Shown here piece by piece: positions 54,301 to 63,999 of a stretch of 64,000 nucleotides of DNA (position 1 is the stretch's first letter; the number at the start of each line of letters is the position of its first letter). Origin of the DNA: Trueperaceae bacterium (GTDB taxonomy: Bacteria; Deinococcota; Deinococci; Deinococcales; Trueperaceae). Where the stretch lies: NCBI GenBank assembly GCA_035703635.1, contig DASSXV010000044.1, forward strand, positions 54,056 to 118,055, read 5' to 3'. Below the pieces are notes generated by a model. That model made no database searches. It worked only from the letters and a program-made list of their open reading frames with translations, and was not told the DNA's origin. The translations under genes were made by a program, and so were the position numbers.

Positions 54301-55044
54301 ATGGACCGCCGCCCCTCAGACATCGACCTGCACACACCCTGGGCGGACCGCTCACCCATGCTCCTCGGTCACCGCGGCGCGCCGCGCGTGGCGCACGAGA
54401 ACAGCGCCGCCGCCTTCGCCGCCGCGCTGGCAGCTGGGCTCGACGGGCTCGAGACGGACCTCCAACGCACGCTGGACGGCGTTCTCGTAATCAGCCACGA
54501 CCCCTATCTCGAGGGGGAGGGCGGCGCACCGAGCAGCTTCATCGCGAAGATGACCCTCGCTGAGGTGAAGCGGCGTGCGCCACACCTGCTCACCCTCGCC
54601 GACTTGAAGAGCTTAGTAGAGGCGCACCCGCAGGCGCGCGTGAACCTGGAACTCAAGACAGCTGCGCCGTTCGACGATGCGCGGGCCCGGGAGCTCTGCA
54701 CCGAACTCGGGCGCTGGTCGCCGGAGTTGACGAGCCGACTCTGGGTCTCGAGCTTCGACCCGCTGGCGCTGCTCGTCATGGCGGACGTGGGTGCGCCCGT
54801 GCCACTCGCGTTCCTCGCGTACGATGCGAGCGCGCTGCAGCTGCTAGACAGCCTGCCAGTCGCGGCCGTTCACCCGCACTTCTCGCTCGTCACCGCCCAG
54901 CGCATGGCAGCATGGCAAGCCCGCGGGCTTGCGGTCTTCACGTGGACGGTCAATGACCTCGGCTTGGCGCAGCGCATGCTTGCTTTGGGGGTCGACGGTT
55001 TGATCGGCGACGTTCCCGAGACGTTGCTCGCCGCCCGCCTGTGA
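54301..55044 (+). CDS. glycerophosphodiester phosphodiesterase
   Basis: GHRG, ENS, ETD, HD, NLELK, SSFD, WTVN. Confidence 0.9.
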   Translation: MDRRPSDIDLHTPWADRSPMLLGHRGAPRVAHENSAAAFAAALAAGLDGLETDLQRTLDGVLVISHDPYLEGEGGAPSSFIAKMTLAEVKRRAPHLLTLADLKSLVEAHPQARVNLELKTAAPFDDARARELCTELGRWSPELTSRLWVSSFDPLALLVMADVGAPVPLAFLAYDASALQLLDSLPVAAVHPHFSLVTAQRMAAWQARGLAVFTWTVNDLGLAQRMLALGVDGLIGDVPETLLAARL

Positions 55045-55958
55045 GCACCGAAACCACTCAGGTACTGCGCGGCGCGACTCCGAGAACCAACCTGCTCCTC
55101 GGTACCGCGCTGATGCTAGCCGCGATGGTGCTGCTCCCCATGATGGACGGGCTCGCCAAGGGCCTTAGCGAGCGCTACCCAGTCCCGATGATCGTGTGGG
55201 CGCGCTACCTCTTCCACTTGCTGTGCATGTTGCCGATCCTGCTGTGGCGCTTCGGGGCGCGCGGCCTCGTGCCGAAACAGGTGGGGCTCCAAGTCGCGCG
55301 GGGCAGCTTGCTGCTGGCAGGCACATCTCTGTTCTTCTTCGCCCTCTCGCTACTGCCCCAAGCCACTGCCCTGGCGCTCTTCTTCGTCTCCCCGCTCGTC
55401 GTGACCGTGCTCGCGCCGCTGCTGCTCGGCGAGCGCGTCGGCGGCTGGCGCGTGCTTGCGGTCTTGGTCGGCTTCGTCGGGATCATGCTCATCCTCAAGC
55501 CCGGCACTGGTGCGTTCGGCCTCGGCGCCGCCTTGGCGTTGGGCGCAGGTGTCCTGCACGGCTTCTACATGCTGTTCACGCGCCGCTTGGCGGGCAGCGC
55601 GCCGCCGCTCGTCACGCTCGGCTACACGGCGGTTGTCGGGGCGGTAGCCATGTCTGCCATCGCGCCTTTCGTGTGGGTGAGGGTCGCGCCGGCCGACTTC
55701 GCGATCATGGTGCTGCTCGGCATTCTCGCGGCAGGCGGGCACTTCCTGCTCATCAAGGCGTTCGACCACGCTCCGGCGACTTGGTTAGCGCCAGTCGGTT
55801 ACTTCGAGATGGTCACCGCCGTCATCTACGGCTACCTGGCGTACGGCGACTTGCCTGACACCCTCAGTTGGCTAGGCATCCTCGTCGTGGTCGGCGCTGG
55901 GGTGGCGATCTCCCTCAAAGAGCAGCGCACGGCGCGCGGCCTGCGGCCAGGAAGCTGA
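55041..55958 (+). CDS. DMT/EamA family transporter
   Basis: ~10 TM segments, LGERVG, APVGY. Confidence 0.9.
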   Translation: MSTETTQVLRGATPRTNLLLGTALMLAAMVLLPMMDGLAKGLSERYPVPMIVWARYLFHLLCMLPILLWRFGARGLVPKQVGLQVARGSLLLAGTSLFFFALSLLPQATALALFFVSPLVVTVLAPLLLGERVGGWRVLAVLVGFVGIMLILKPGTGAFGLGAALALGAGVLHGFYMLFTRRLAGSAPPLVTLGYTAVVGAVAMSAIAPFVWVRVAPADFAIMVLLGILAAGGHFLLIKAFDHAPATWLAPVGYFEMVTAVIYGYLAYGDLPDTLSWLGILVVVGAGVAISLKEQRTARGLRPGS

Positions 55959-55963
55959 TCAGC

Positions 55964-56485
55964 TCAGGCCTTCGGCTTCTTGGGGATGGAGAGCGTCTTC
56001 CACTCCGCGCCGCGCCAATGTTTGGCAAGCATCACGATCTGCCCCACGTGATGGCCAGTGTGCTCGAAGTTGCGCAAGATGGCCCTGATAACGCCGTTCT
56101 CCTCGCCCCTGATGGTGACCGTGCGGGTGAGGTCCGCTGGCGTCAACGCCGCGAGGTTGGCGAACACGACCTCGAAGGCGGCATCCCACTCCGCGCGCAT
56201 GCTGGCCACGCCGTGGCTGCCGTCCTCGAACTCGTCGTCGCGTTGGCGGTCGGCCTTCTCGCCGTCCGTCGTGAGGAAGTCGCGCCACCGCGAGCGCAAG
56301 TTGCCGGCCAAGTGCCGGACGATCACCGCGACCGAGTTGCCGCCTTCGTCCAGCGCGCGGTGCCAATCGGCCTCTGCCAGCTGCTCAAACGCGCGTTCCG
56401 CCTGGAGCTTCTGCGCGCGGTAACCGCGTTCGACCTCGACAAGGAACAACTCACCGACCGTCTGCTGCGAGTTAGTTGGGCTCAT
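55964..56485 (-). CDS. DUF1572/DinB family protein
   Basis: NSVAVIVRHLAGNLRSRWRDFLTTDGEK..R.RD.EF, HTGHHVGQIV. Confidence 0.88.
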   Translation of the reverse strand: MSPTNSQQTVGELFLVEVERGYRAQKLQAERAFEQLAEADWHRALDEGGNSVAVIVRHLAGNLRSRWRDFLTTDGEKADRQRDDEFEDGSHGVASMRAEWDAAFEVVFANLAALTPADLTRTVTIRGEENGVIRAILRNFEHTGHHVGQIVMLAKHWRGAEWKTLSIPKKPKA

Positions 56486-56539
56486 GGCAGGATGTTACCG
56501 CTACAAGCTAACAGCCAAGGACGCACGTAAGATTGAGGC

Positions 56540-58216
56540 ATGGCGAACTCGACGAGAGACCTTGGCCGGGGCATGCAGCGCGTTATGGCTAGCGTGCGCA
56601 ACTCCTTAGTCGCGGTCACCGACCTGGTCAAGGACGCGCTGCCTGGCGAGCGGCCAGAGCGGCTGGTCGTCTCGCTCAGCGGTTCCTACCCAGCCTTCAA
56701 GGAGCGCCGCAAGTTCCCCGCTCGCCTCGTGAACATGGGAGCGACCACCTCGTCGTTGGAGGAGTTGGAGCGGCTGATTGACGCGCTGCTGCGCGCGGCG
56801 TGGCTGCGGACGGTAGTCTTCAGGTTCGCCGACCTCAACGTTGACCTCACGACCGCTAGCGCTTTGCGGCGGCAGTTCGCGAGGCTGCGCGCCGCTGGAA
56901 AGCGCGTGGAGGTGTACGCGACGACCTTCGACAGAGCCAGCTACTTTCTGGCCAGCGCTGCAGACAGGATCGTCGCGCCTGAGAGCGCCGAGTTCCAAAT
57001 TTACGGCTGGGCATTGACCACCACCTTCCTAGGTGACGCCCTCGGGCGGGCCGGCGTGTCCTTCGATAAGCTCGCCATCAAGGAGTACAAGAACGCTGGC
57101 GACCAACTCGCGTTGGCGCACATGAGCGAAGCGCAGCGCGAACAGTACGGGGCCTTCATCGACAGCATCGTCACCACGACGGTCGAGGGGATCGCCGCGG
57201 GCCGCGAGCGGAGTCCAAGTCAGGCGCGAGCGTGGATCGACGCTGGCGTGACCTCCGCACGACAGGCGGCCGAACTAGGGATGCTCGACGACGTCAAGTA
57301 CGAAGACGAGCTGCTCGACAAGCACGCCAAACCGCTGGCTGCGGCCAAGCGGTTCCTCCCGGGAAGGCGGAACTCGACGGAGCCTGGCCGCGTTGCGCTC
57401 GTCACCCTCGAAGGCGCCATCGTTACGGGGCCGAGCCGCCACTCCCCCATACCAGTGCCCCTGCTCGGAGGTAGAACGGCAGGGTCCGAGACGCTCGTGC
57501 GGGCGCTCCGCGAAGCCGGTAGCGACAAGCGCACCAAGGCCGTCGTGTTCCACGTCGAGTCCGGCGGCGGCTCCGCCTTGGCCTCCGACCTCATAGGGCG
57601 CGAGGTCGAACTCCTCGCCAGGCGCGTGCCCGTAGTGGCGGTCATGGGCAGCGTGGCCGGCAGCGGCGGCTACTACGTGCTGACACATGCAACACGCGTA
57701 CTGGCCGAAGCTTCGACCCTCACGGGGTCGATCGGCGTGGTGACCCTCAAGCCGGTGCTGGAGGAACTCTACGCCCGCTACGGGGTGAACGTAGAGAGCA
57801 TCGAACGCGGCAATTACGCCACCATGATGCTCAGCTCCAAGCCGTTCGACGCCGCCGAACGCGCCCTGCTCGAGCGCTACATCGCGGAGGTGTACGAGCG
57901 CTTCGTCGCACGAGTGGCCAGCGGCCGCAAACTGACCCCCGAGCGCGTGAACGACATCGGCCGCGGTCGCATCTGGTCTGGAGCAGACGCGCTCGGACTT
58001 GGGTTGGTCGACGAACTCGGGGGCATACCGCAGGCCGTCGCGCGCGCCAAGGAGTTGGCCGGGCTGCAGCATGACGCAGAGGTTTGGCGGGTAGAGGCAC
58101 CGAGCAAGTACCTCCTCCCAACGACCGAAGACCCGAGCACGTGGCTGCGGGCGCTCGGCGCTAGCCTGCGCGAGCGCGCGTGGTTGGTGCATGGGGCCCA
58201 CGTGAGAGTGAACTGA
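56540..58216 (+). CDS. sppA: signal peptide peptidase SppA (S49, long form)
   Basis: YKNAGD, SGGGSALASD, MGSVAGSGGYY, TGSIGV, GRIWSG. Confidence 0.9.
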   Translation: MANSTRDLGRGMQRVMASVRNSLVAVTDLVKDALPGERPERLVVSLSGSYPAFKERRKFPARLVNMGATTSSLEELERLIDALLRAAWLRTVVFRFADLNVDLTTASALRRQFARLRAAGKRVEVYATTFDRASYFLASAADRIVAPESAEFQIYGWALTTTFLGDALGRAGVSFDKLAIKEYKNAGDQLALAHMSEAQREQYGAFIDSIVTTTVEGIAAGRERSPSQARAWIDAGVTSARQAAELGMLDDVKYEDELLDKHAKPLAAAKRFLPGRRNSTEPGRVALVTLEGAIVTGPSRHSPIPVPLLGGRTAGSETLVRALREAGSDKRTKAVVFHVESGGGSALASDLIGREVELLARRVPVVAVMGSVAGSGGYYVLTHATRVLAEASTLTGSIGVVTLKPVLEELYARYGVNVESIERGNYATMMLSSKPFDAAERALLERYIAEVYERFVARVASGRKLTPERVNDIGRGRIWSGADALGLGLVDELGGIPQAVARAKELAGLQHDAEVWRVEAPSKYLLPTTEDPSTWLRALGASLRERAWLVHGAHVRVN

Positions 58217-58448
58217 CCGGCACCGCGTTGATCATGCCGCAGTGAACAGTTGTTGCCGCGGCCCAACGACGCCTCGCCAAGTTGCTAAGCCGCAAGTAGG
58301 CCTTCTTGGTGCGTCCACCAGGCGCTTTCCGCTCCGCGGCCGCTACGGCCAGCCTCGAAGTCGTGGCCGGCGGCCGTGGGGTCGTGTAGATGTACCTAGC
58401 GTGCAGGTGGACTACCTTCCATCAGGATATATCCCGCGGCTAACGGGC

Positions 58449-58477
58449 TTGCCCGGCGCCGAGGCTTGGGGTATCCT
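58449..58477 (+). promoter_or_regulatory. putative sigma70 promoter of the DUF1028-peptide ABC operon
   Basis: TTGCCC, 17 bp, TATCCT. Confidence 0.45.
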
Positions 58478-58714
58478 CACCGAAACCTGCCGTATGGAGA
58501 TCTGTCTTTGCCAGTGGGCATGAATAAGAGTCGCAATACAACTAGGTTTTCACTCAGCGAGTATCCCGAGTGCGCACTCACATTGCATAGTGCGGCGCCG
58601 CTTGCATGACCGCTTGACCGTAGTCGACTGATAGCTAGCTGGAGTGATGGAAGTTCAGCACATGACCCGGCCTAGCCTAGCTAGGTGCAGGCACGTACGC
58701 ATCGGAGGCCACCT

Positions 58715-59602
58715 ATGCTGCTTGACCCCCAACTGAACGTCGCCACCTTCTCACTGGCGGCTCGCGATCCGGACACCGGCGATCTCGGAGTAGCCGTCGC
58801 CAGCAAGTTCCTCGCAGTCGGCGCGTACGTACCGAGCGCACGCGCGGGAGTCGGTGCTGTCGCCACCCAGGCCCACGTCAATACCACTTTCGCCGAGCGC
58901 GGCCTGGAGCTCCTTGCCGCGGGAAAGCGCCCAGACGAGGTGGTGGAGGCCTTCCGCAACGCTGATGGCAACTTCGCCGTAAGACAGTTCGGCATCGTCA
59001 GTGCATCTGGCGAGAGCGCCAGTTACACCGGTCCGAACTGCCATACATGGGCTGGTGGGGTGGCAGGACCCAACTTCGCCGCGCAAGGGAACATCCTCGC
59101 CTCACAGAGCGTGGTGGACGCCCTCGTGGCGGGCGTAAACGACCTCAGCCGCCCATTCCCCGAGCGTCTCGTAGCTGCACTAGCCGCCGCCGACGCAGCT
59201 GGAGGTGACCGCCGCGGCCGGCAATCAGCAGCGCTACTGGTCGTTGGCGCTGGCAAGGGTTACGCGGGACTGACCGACAAGTGGATTGACCTGCGGGTCG
59301 ACGATCACCCACAACCGATCACCGAACTGGGGCGCCTCTTGGGACTCCACCGCGTCTACCTCGACAAGCCATCGAGCCCTGCCCGCGACCTCAACTCCAG
59401 CGACATCGCGGCGCTGCAAGCCGTCCTCTTGCGTCACGGCTACAGCGGCGATGCCGTAACCGGACTATGGGACGAACCAACTGAACGCGCTCTGGAAGCG
59501 CTCTTCGGGGTAGAGAACCTTGAAGAGCGTTGGCTTACCGGCCCAAGAATGGACCCCGTAGCCTGGGACCACATCCAGAAGAACCTAGGAGGAACAGAAT
59601 GA
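58715..59602 (+). CDS. DUF1028 family Ntn-hydrolase-like protein with C-terminal peptidoglycan-binding-like domain
   Basis: ATFSLAARD...GVAVASKFLAVG, ATQA, QGNIL, GGDRRGRQSAA, DLRVDDH, ENLEER; GGAGG SD. Confidence 0.88.
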   Translation: MLLDPQLNVATFSLAARDPDTGDLGVAVASKFLAVGAYVPSARAGVGAVATQAHVNTTFAERGLELLAAGKRPDEVVEAFRNADGNFAVRQFGIVSASGESASYTGPNCHTWAGGVAGPNFAAQGNILASQSVVDALVAGVNDLSRPFPERLVAALAAADAAGGDRRGRQSAALLVVGAGKGYAGLTDKWIDLRVDDHPQPITELGRLLGLHRVYLDKPSSPARDLNSSDIAALQAVLLRHGYSGDAVTGLWDEPTERALEALFGVENLEERWLTGPRMDPVAWDHIQKNLGGTE

Positions 59603-61170
59603 AACGCTTACGGTACCTATGGCTAATGGCCAGCGTCATGGCCCTCGGTCTGGCATTCGCCCAGCCAGGCTCACAGATCGTGATCGGTCTCCAGGCCGAA
59701 CCCACCACACTCGACGTCGCCCAACTCTCGGACTACAACTCTTCACGCACCGCGATGGGCATGTATGACGGCCTGGTGCGCTTCGGGGATGGCTCAACGG
59801 ACGTTGAAGCTGGCCTCGCTGAGCGCTGGGACGTCTCGGATGACGGCCTCACCTACACGTTCTACCTGCGCCCCGGCGTGACGTTCCACGACGGCACTCC
59901 CGTCAACGCGGAGGCGGTCGAGTTCTCCTTCGCGCGTCAGATAGACCCGAATCACCCGTTCCACGACACCGGCGAGTTCCCGTACGCGGAGTTCACCCTC
60001 GGCAACATCAGCCAGATAGAGGTCCTTGACGAGATGACCGTGCGTCTCACCCTGGACGAGACGTTCGCGCCGTTCCTAGCGAACCTGGCAATGCATGCGG
60101 CCGCCATCGTCAGCCCCACGGCCGTCATGGAACACGGGCGTGACTTCTCAGAGCACCCGGTCGGCACCGGGCCGTACCGCTTCGTATCGTGGCGCCGCGG
60201 TGTCGAAGTAGTTCTCGAGCGCAACCCCGACTACTGGCGCGGCAGCCCACAGGTGGAGAAGCTCATCTTCCGCCCAATCGTTGAGGACCAGGCGCGCCTC
60301 GCCGCGCTGGAAGCCGGCGAAGTTGACTTAGCGGTCAACCTGCCGCCCGACGACCTCCCCCGCCTCCGCGCAAACAAGAACTTTACCTTCGCCGAGCAGG
60401 CTGGCATGCACACCTGGTACGTCGTGTTCAACGTTACGAAGAAACCCTTCGATGACGCACGCGTGCGCCAGGCGATGGCATTCGCCGTTGATCGCCAAGC
60501 CATCGTCGACGCCATCCTGGGCGGCACTGGCGTGCTCGCCAAGAACTTCCTCCCACCCGTAGTGTGGGGCTACACGGAAGACGTGGCCGAGTACTCCTTC
60601 GATCCGGAGCGCGCCAAGGCCCTACTAGCGGAGGCCGGTTATCCCAACGGCTTCGACGTTGAGTTCTGGGTGCCGGAGTCCGGCTCAGGCATGCAACAGT
60701 CAGTCGCGATGGGCACCGTCATCCAGGACTACCTGAGCCGCGTGGGCGTTCGCGTGACCATCCAGCAATTCGAGTGGGGCACCTACCTCGACCGCGTCAT
60801 CGTGCCAGTCGAGAACGCCGACGCCGTTCCGGCGATGTTCGAGATGTCCTGGATCGGCGACAACGGCGACCCAGACAACTTCCTCTACATCCTGCTGTCA
60901 GGCGACCAGTTCCCGAACGCTGGCTTCAACCTCGGCTACTACTCCAACGAACAGGTTGACGATCTGCTGAGGCGCGCCCGCACGAGTCTCAACGAGACCG
61001 AACGGTTGGCGCTTTACACCGAGGCGCAGCAACTGATCATGGCCGACATGCCCGTCATGCCCGTCGACCACGAGACGCAGACGGTCGTCATGCGCAGCAA
61101 CATCCACGGCTTCGTACCTCATCCGACCGGCGTCTTCCGCTTCGAGACCGTCGAGGTAAGCGGCCGCTAG
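59599..61170 (+). CDS. peptide/nickel ABC substrate-binding protein (family 5)
   Basis: LAERWDVSDDGLTYTFYLRPGVTFHDGTP, GTGPY, VRQAMAFAVDR. Confidence 0.93.
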   Translation: MKRLRYLWLMASVMALGLAFAQPGSQIVIGLQAEPTTLDVAQLSDYNSSRTAMGMYDGLVRFGDGSTDVEAGLAERWDVSDDGLTYTFYLRPGVTFHDGTPVNAEAVEFSFARQIDPNHPFHDTGEFPYAEFTLGNISQIEVLDEMTVRLTLDETFAPFLANLAMHAAAIVSPTAVMEHGRDFSEHPVGTGPYRFVSWRRGVEVVLERNPDYWRGSPQVEKLIFRPIVEDQARLAALEAGEVDLAVNLPPDDLPRLRANKNFTFAEQAGMHTWYVVFNVTKKPFDDARVRQAMAFAVDRQAIVDAILGGTGVLAKNFLPPVVWGYTEDVAEYSFDPERAKALLAEAGYPNGFDVEFWVPESGSGMQQSVAMGTVIQDYLSRVGVRVTIQQFEWGTYLDRVIVPVENADAVPAMFEMSWIGDNGDPDNFLYILLSGDQFPNAGFNLGYYSNEQVDDLLRRARTSLNETERLALYTEAQQLIMADMPVMPVDHETQTVVMRSNIHGFVPHPTGVFRFETVEVSGR

Positions 61171-61176
61171 CGCCCC

Positions 61177-62124
61177 ATGGCGTCCTTCTTGCTACGCAGA
61201 TTGCTAGGGACGCTGCCGACCTTGCTCGGAGTGAGCGTGCTGGTGTTCTTATCACTGCACCTCACTCCGGGCGACCCGGCCCAAGTGATCTTGGGCCCCA
61301 AGGCGACCGCCACCTCACTCGCCGCACTGCGGACCGAACTGGGTCTTGATCGGCCCATCCACGTTCAGTACGTGCGCTGGTTGGGTGGCGTTCTATCCGG
61401 AGATTGGGGGCGGAGCATCCAACTCAAGGCTGGAGTGCTTCCGCTCGTGTGGGAGCGCCTCCAGGCCACTCTGATACTCGCGCTCGCGGCCATGCTCATC
61501 GCGGTCGGCTCAGGTCTCGCCCTTGGAGTACTCTCCGCCGTACGCGCAGGTTCGCTGCTCGACCGCGGCGCCATCGGCGTCAGCCTGGTCGGATACTCCC
61601 TGCCGCCATTCTTCCTCGGCATCGTGCTGCAAGTCCTGCTTGGGCTTCGCCTCGCTTGGTTCCCCGTGACAGGCATGTATCGGCCTGGTGGCAGCGGCAT
61701 CCTCGACTTGCTGGTGCACCTGGTGTTACCCGCTGTCACGCTCGCGGCGGGCATTGGAGCGCTGCTGGCGCGAATGACCCGCGCCACGATGCTCGAAGTC
61801 CTCAACCAGGACTACGTGCGTACGGCCCACGCCAAGGGGCTGAGGCGCAGCGTTGTTGTGGCCAGGCATGCATTCAAGAACGCCCTCATTCCAATCTTGA
61901 CGATCATCGGACTGCAGACAGGTTACGTTTTGGGGGGCGCCGTCCTCGTAGAACAAGTGTTCGCGTGGCCCGGCATTGGCACGTTGGCGGTCAACGCCAT
62001 CCTGGCGCGTGACTTCCCGCTCGTTCAGGGCGTCACCCTGCTCGTTGCAACGACGTACGTGTTCACTAACCTACTCACCGACGTCGCTTACTCCCTCGTC
62101 GATCCTAGGATCACCTACCGGTGA
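61177..62124 (+). CDS. peptide ABC permease (DppB/OppB-like)
   Basis: PGDPA, LGLDRP, DYVRTAHAKGL, EQVFAWPGIG, DPRI. Confidence 0.93.
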   Translation: MASFLLRRLLGTLPTLLGVSVLVFLSLHLTPGDPAQVILGPKATATSLAALRTELGLDRPIHVQYVRWLGGVLSGDWGRSIQLKAGVLPLVWERLQATLILALAAMLIAVGSGLALGVLSAVRAGSLLDRGAIGVSLVGYSLPPFFLGIVLQVLLGLRLAWFPVTGMYRPGGSGILDLLVHLVLPAVTLAAGIGALLARMTRATMLEVLNQDYVRTAHAKGLRRSVVVARHAFKNALIPILTIIGLQTGYVLGGAVLVEQVFAWPGIGTLAVNAILARDFPLVQGVTLLVATTYVFTNLLTDVAYSLVDPRITYR

Positions 62125-63023
62125 GCGATGCCAGCCCACGCGCAACGACTCGCAGCCGCTTCCGCAGCCGCGTGGCGCCGCGCGGCAAGCGCGGTTTCTG
62201 GCGCCGCTTCCTCGGCGAACCGGTCGCCTTCGTAGCGTTCGCGCTGCTCGTCATCATCTTGGGCGCCGCGATCCTGGCGCCGTGGCTGGGGCTGCCAGAC
62301 CCGGTTCGCGGGTCGTTGATCGACCGCCTCAAGCCACCGCTCACTCCAGGCCACCTGCTGGGGACTGACGAGTTCGGGCGCGACCTGCTCTCCCGCGTCG
62401 TGTGGGGCGCCCGCGTTTCCCTGGGCGTGGGATTCGCGGCCGTTGCGATCGCGGCGCTGGCAGGAGTGGCCCTTGGTCTGACATCTGGTTATCTAGCTGG
62501 ACGTTTCGATTATTGGACGCAGCGCTTCATCGACCTTCTGCTGGCCTTCCCGTACATCCTTCTTGCTCTCATGATCGTGGCTATCCTCGGCCCTGGGCTC
62601 ACGAACACCATGCTCGCCATCTCGATCGCCGGCATCCCGTACTACGTGCGGATCGCCCGCGGCAGCGCCCTGGCATTAAGGCAGCGTGAGTTCGTGGAGG
62701 CCGCCCATGCGGCGGGAGCCTCGACACCGTGGATCTTGCTGCGCCACGTGCTGACGAACTCCCTCTCACCCATCTTGGTTGCCGCGACCCTCGACGTTGG
62801 GTTCATGATCATGGCTGCCGCAGGCATGAGCTTCCTAGGATTAGGCGCGCAACCGCCCCTAGCCGAATGGGGCGTCATGCTCTCCAACGGACGTCAGTTC
62901 CTGCGCGTCGCCCCATGGGTGTCGTTGGTGCCGGGTGCGATGATCTTCGTCGTCGTGCTTGCCCTCAACCTCATCGGCGACCGCATCCGCGACATCCTCG
63001 ACCCCCGCATGGTCGGGCGCTAG
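62121..63023 (+). CDS. peptide ABC permease (DppC/OppC-like)
   Basis: HLLGTDEFGRD, EFVEAAHAAGA, SFLGLG.QPP..EWG, DILDPR. Confidence 0.93.
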   Translation: MSDASPRATTRSRFRSRVAPRGKRGFWRRFLGEPVAFVAFALLVIILGAAILAPWLGLPDPVRGSLIDRLKPPLTPGHLLGTDEFGRDLLSRVVWGARVSLGVGFAAVAIAALAGVALGLTSGYLAGRFDYWTQRFIDLLLAFPYILLALMIVAILGPGLTNTMLAISIAGIPYYVRIARGSALALRQREFVEAAHAAGASTPWILLRHVLTNSLSPILVAATLDVGFMIMAAAGMSFLGLGAQPPLAEWGVMLSNGRQFLRVAPWVSLVPGAMIFVVVLALNLIGDRIRDILDPRMVGR

Positions 63024-63856
63024 TCTAGAACCAACCGCTTCACCATCTGCTCCAGTGCCGCCCCTGAGATCTCGCCAACGTGCGTGGCGACGAGTTCACT
63101 GCCTGCGGCGAAGAAGTACGTCGTTGGTAGCCCAACTCCGCCTAGGTGCTCCGCCACCTTCAGGCCGCCGTCTAGCAACACGTCGTCCAGGTTCACGGCT
63201 GGGTAGTCAGCTAGGAACTCCCGGACCGCCTCCGGGTTCTCACCCTGGTTGACGAGCAGGAAAGTCGCGTTCGGGTTCTCGGCGGCAGCGCGTGCCAGTT
63301 GCGGCATCTCGCGCCTGCACGGCAGGCACCAAGTGGCCCAGGTGTTGACGATGAGCGGGCCAGCCGCAAGCGCTTCCAAATCGACGACGCCACCAGTGAG
63401 GCGCTCCAGTTCAAGCTGCGGCAGCGTCACCGCCGAAGTTTGGGCGGGAGTAAGGAGCGGCGGCAGCACCAGCCAGACGGCGAGGGCAAGCGCCGCCGGG
63501 ACCAGTGCCGCACGGACGGCGCCAAGCGGCCTGAACGTCCACGCAACCAGCGCCGCCCCAGACGCAACGCCCCACCACGGCGCGAAGCCGCCCTGCCAGA
63601 ACGCCAACGCCTCGAGCGGCCGCGTAACGTAATACCCGCTGTTCTCGATGACGAAGCCGACGCGTGCGCCCAAGACCACGACGCCTGCGGCGTTCCACGC
63701 CCAGCTGGCACTCGCCGGCGCCACGCCGTTGTCGGCCGCCTGCCTGCGCGCACGCCGGGCGGCGAGTTCTGCCGCAGCCACGAGCACTAACAGCGCCAGG
63801 GCGGCGTAGAAGCGCGGCGCCGATATGACGAGCGCGCCGAGGCGGATGGCGGTCAA
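63020..63856 (-). CDS. TlpA-family thiol-disulfide reductase with N-terminal Lgt-like membrane domain
   Basis: GARVGFV...FWQGGF (Lgt-like), NTWATWCLPCRREMP, VNQGE, LPTT, GE; TTG start overlaps the upstream stop. Confidence 0.85.
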   Translation of the reverse strand: MTAIRLGALVISAPRFYAALALLVLVAAAELAARRARRQAADNGVAPASASWAWNAAGVVVLGARVGFVIENSGYYVTRPLEALAFWQGGFAPWWGVASGAALVAWTFRPLGAVRAALVPAALALAVWLVLPPLLTPAQTSAVTLPQLELERLTGGVVDLEALAAGPLIVNTWATWCLPCRREMPQLARAAAENPNATFLLVNQGENPEAVREFLADYPAVNLDDVLLDGGLKVAEHLGGVGLPTTYFFAAGSELVATHVGEISGAALEQMVKRLVLD

Positions 63857-63999
63857 GGTTCCGCGAGCCCCAACGCCGTTCCTACCCACTCCACGACGCG
63901 CACTAGGTCGCTCGCGTCTATCCACTCGTTGACCGAATGGATGTCGTGCATGCCGATGCCAACGTTCACGGTCGGCAGGCCCTTCTGGTTGAGGATGCT
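63853..63999 (-). CDS. C-terminal fragment of an M20 peptidase (PepT-like), truncated by the window end
   Basis: ILNQKGLPTVNVGIGMHDIHSVNEWI...DL motif, TGA at 63853. Confidence 0.75.
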   Translation of the reverse strand, partial: SILNQKGLPTVNVGIGMHDIHSVNEWIDASDLVRVVEWVGTALGLAEP

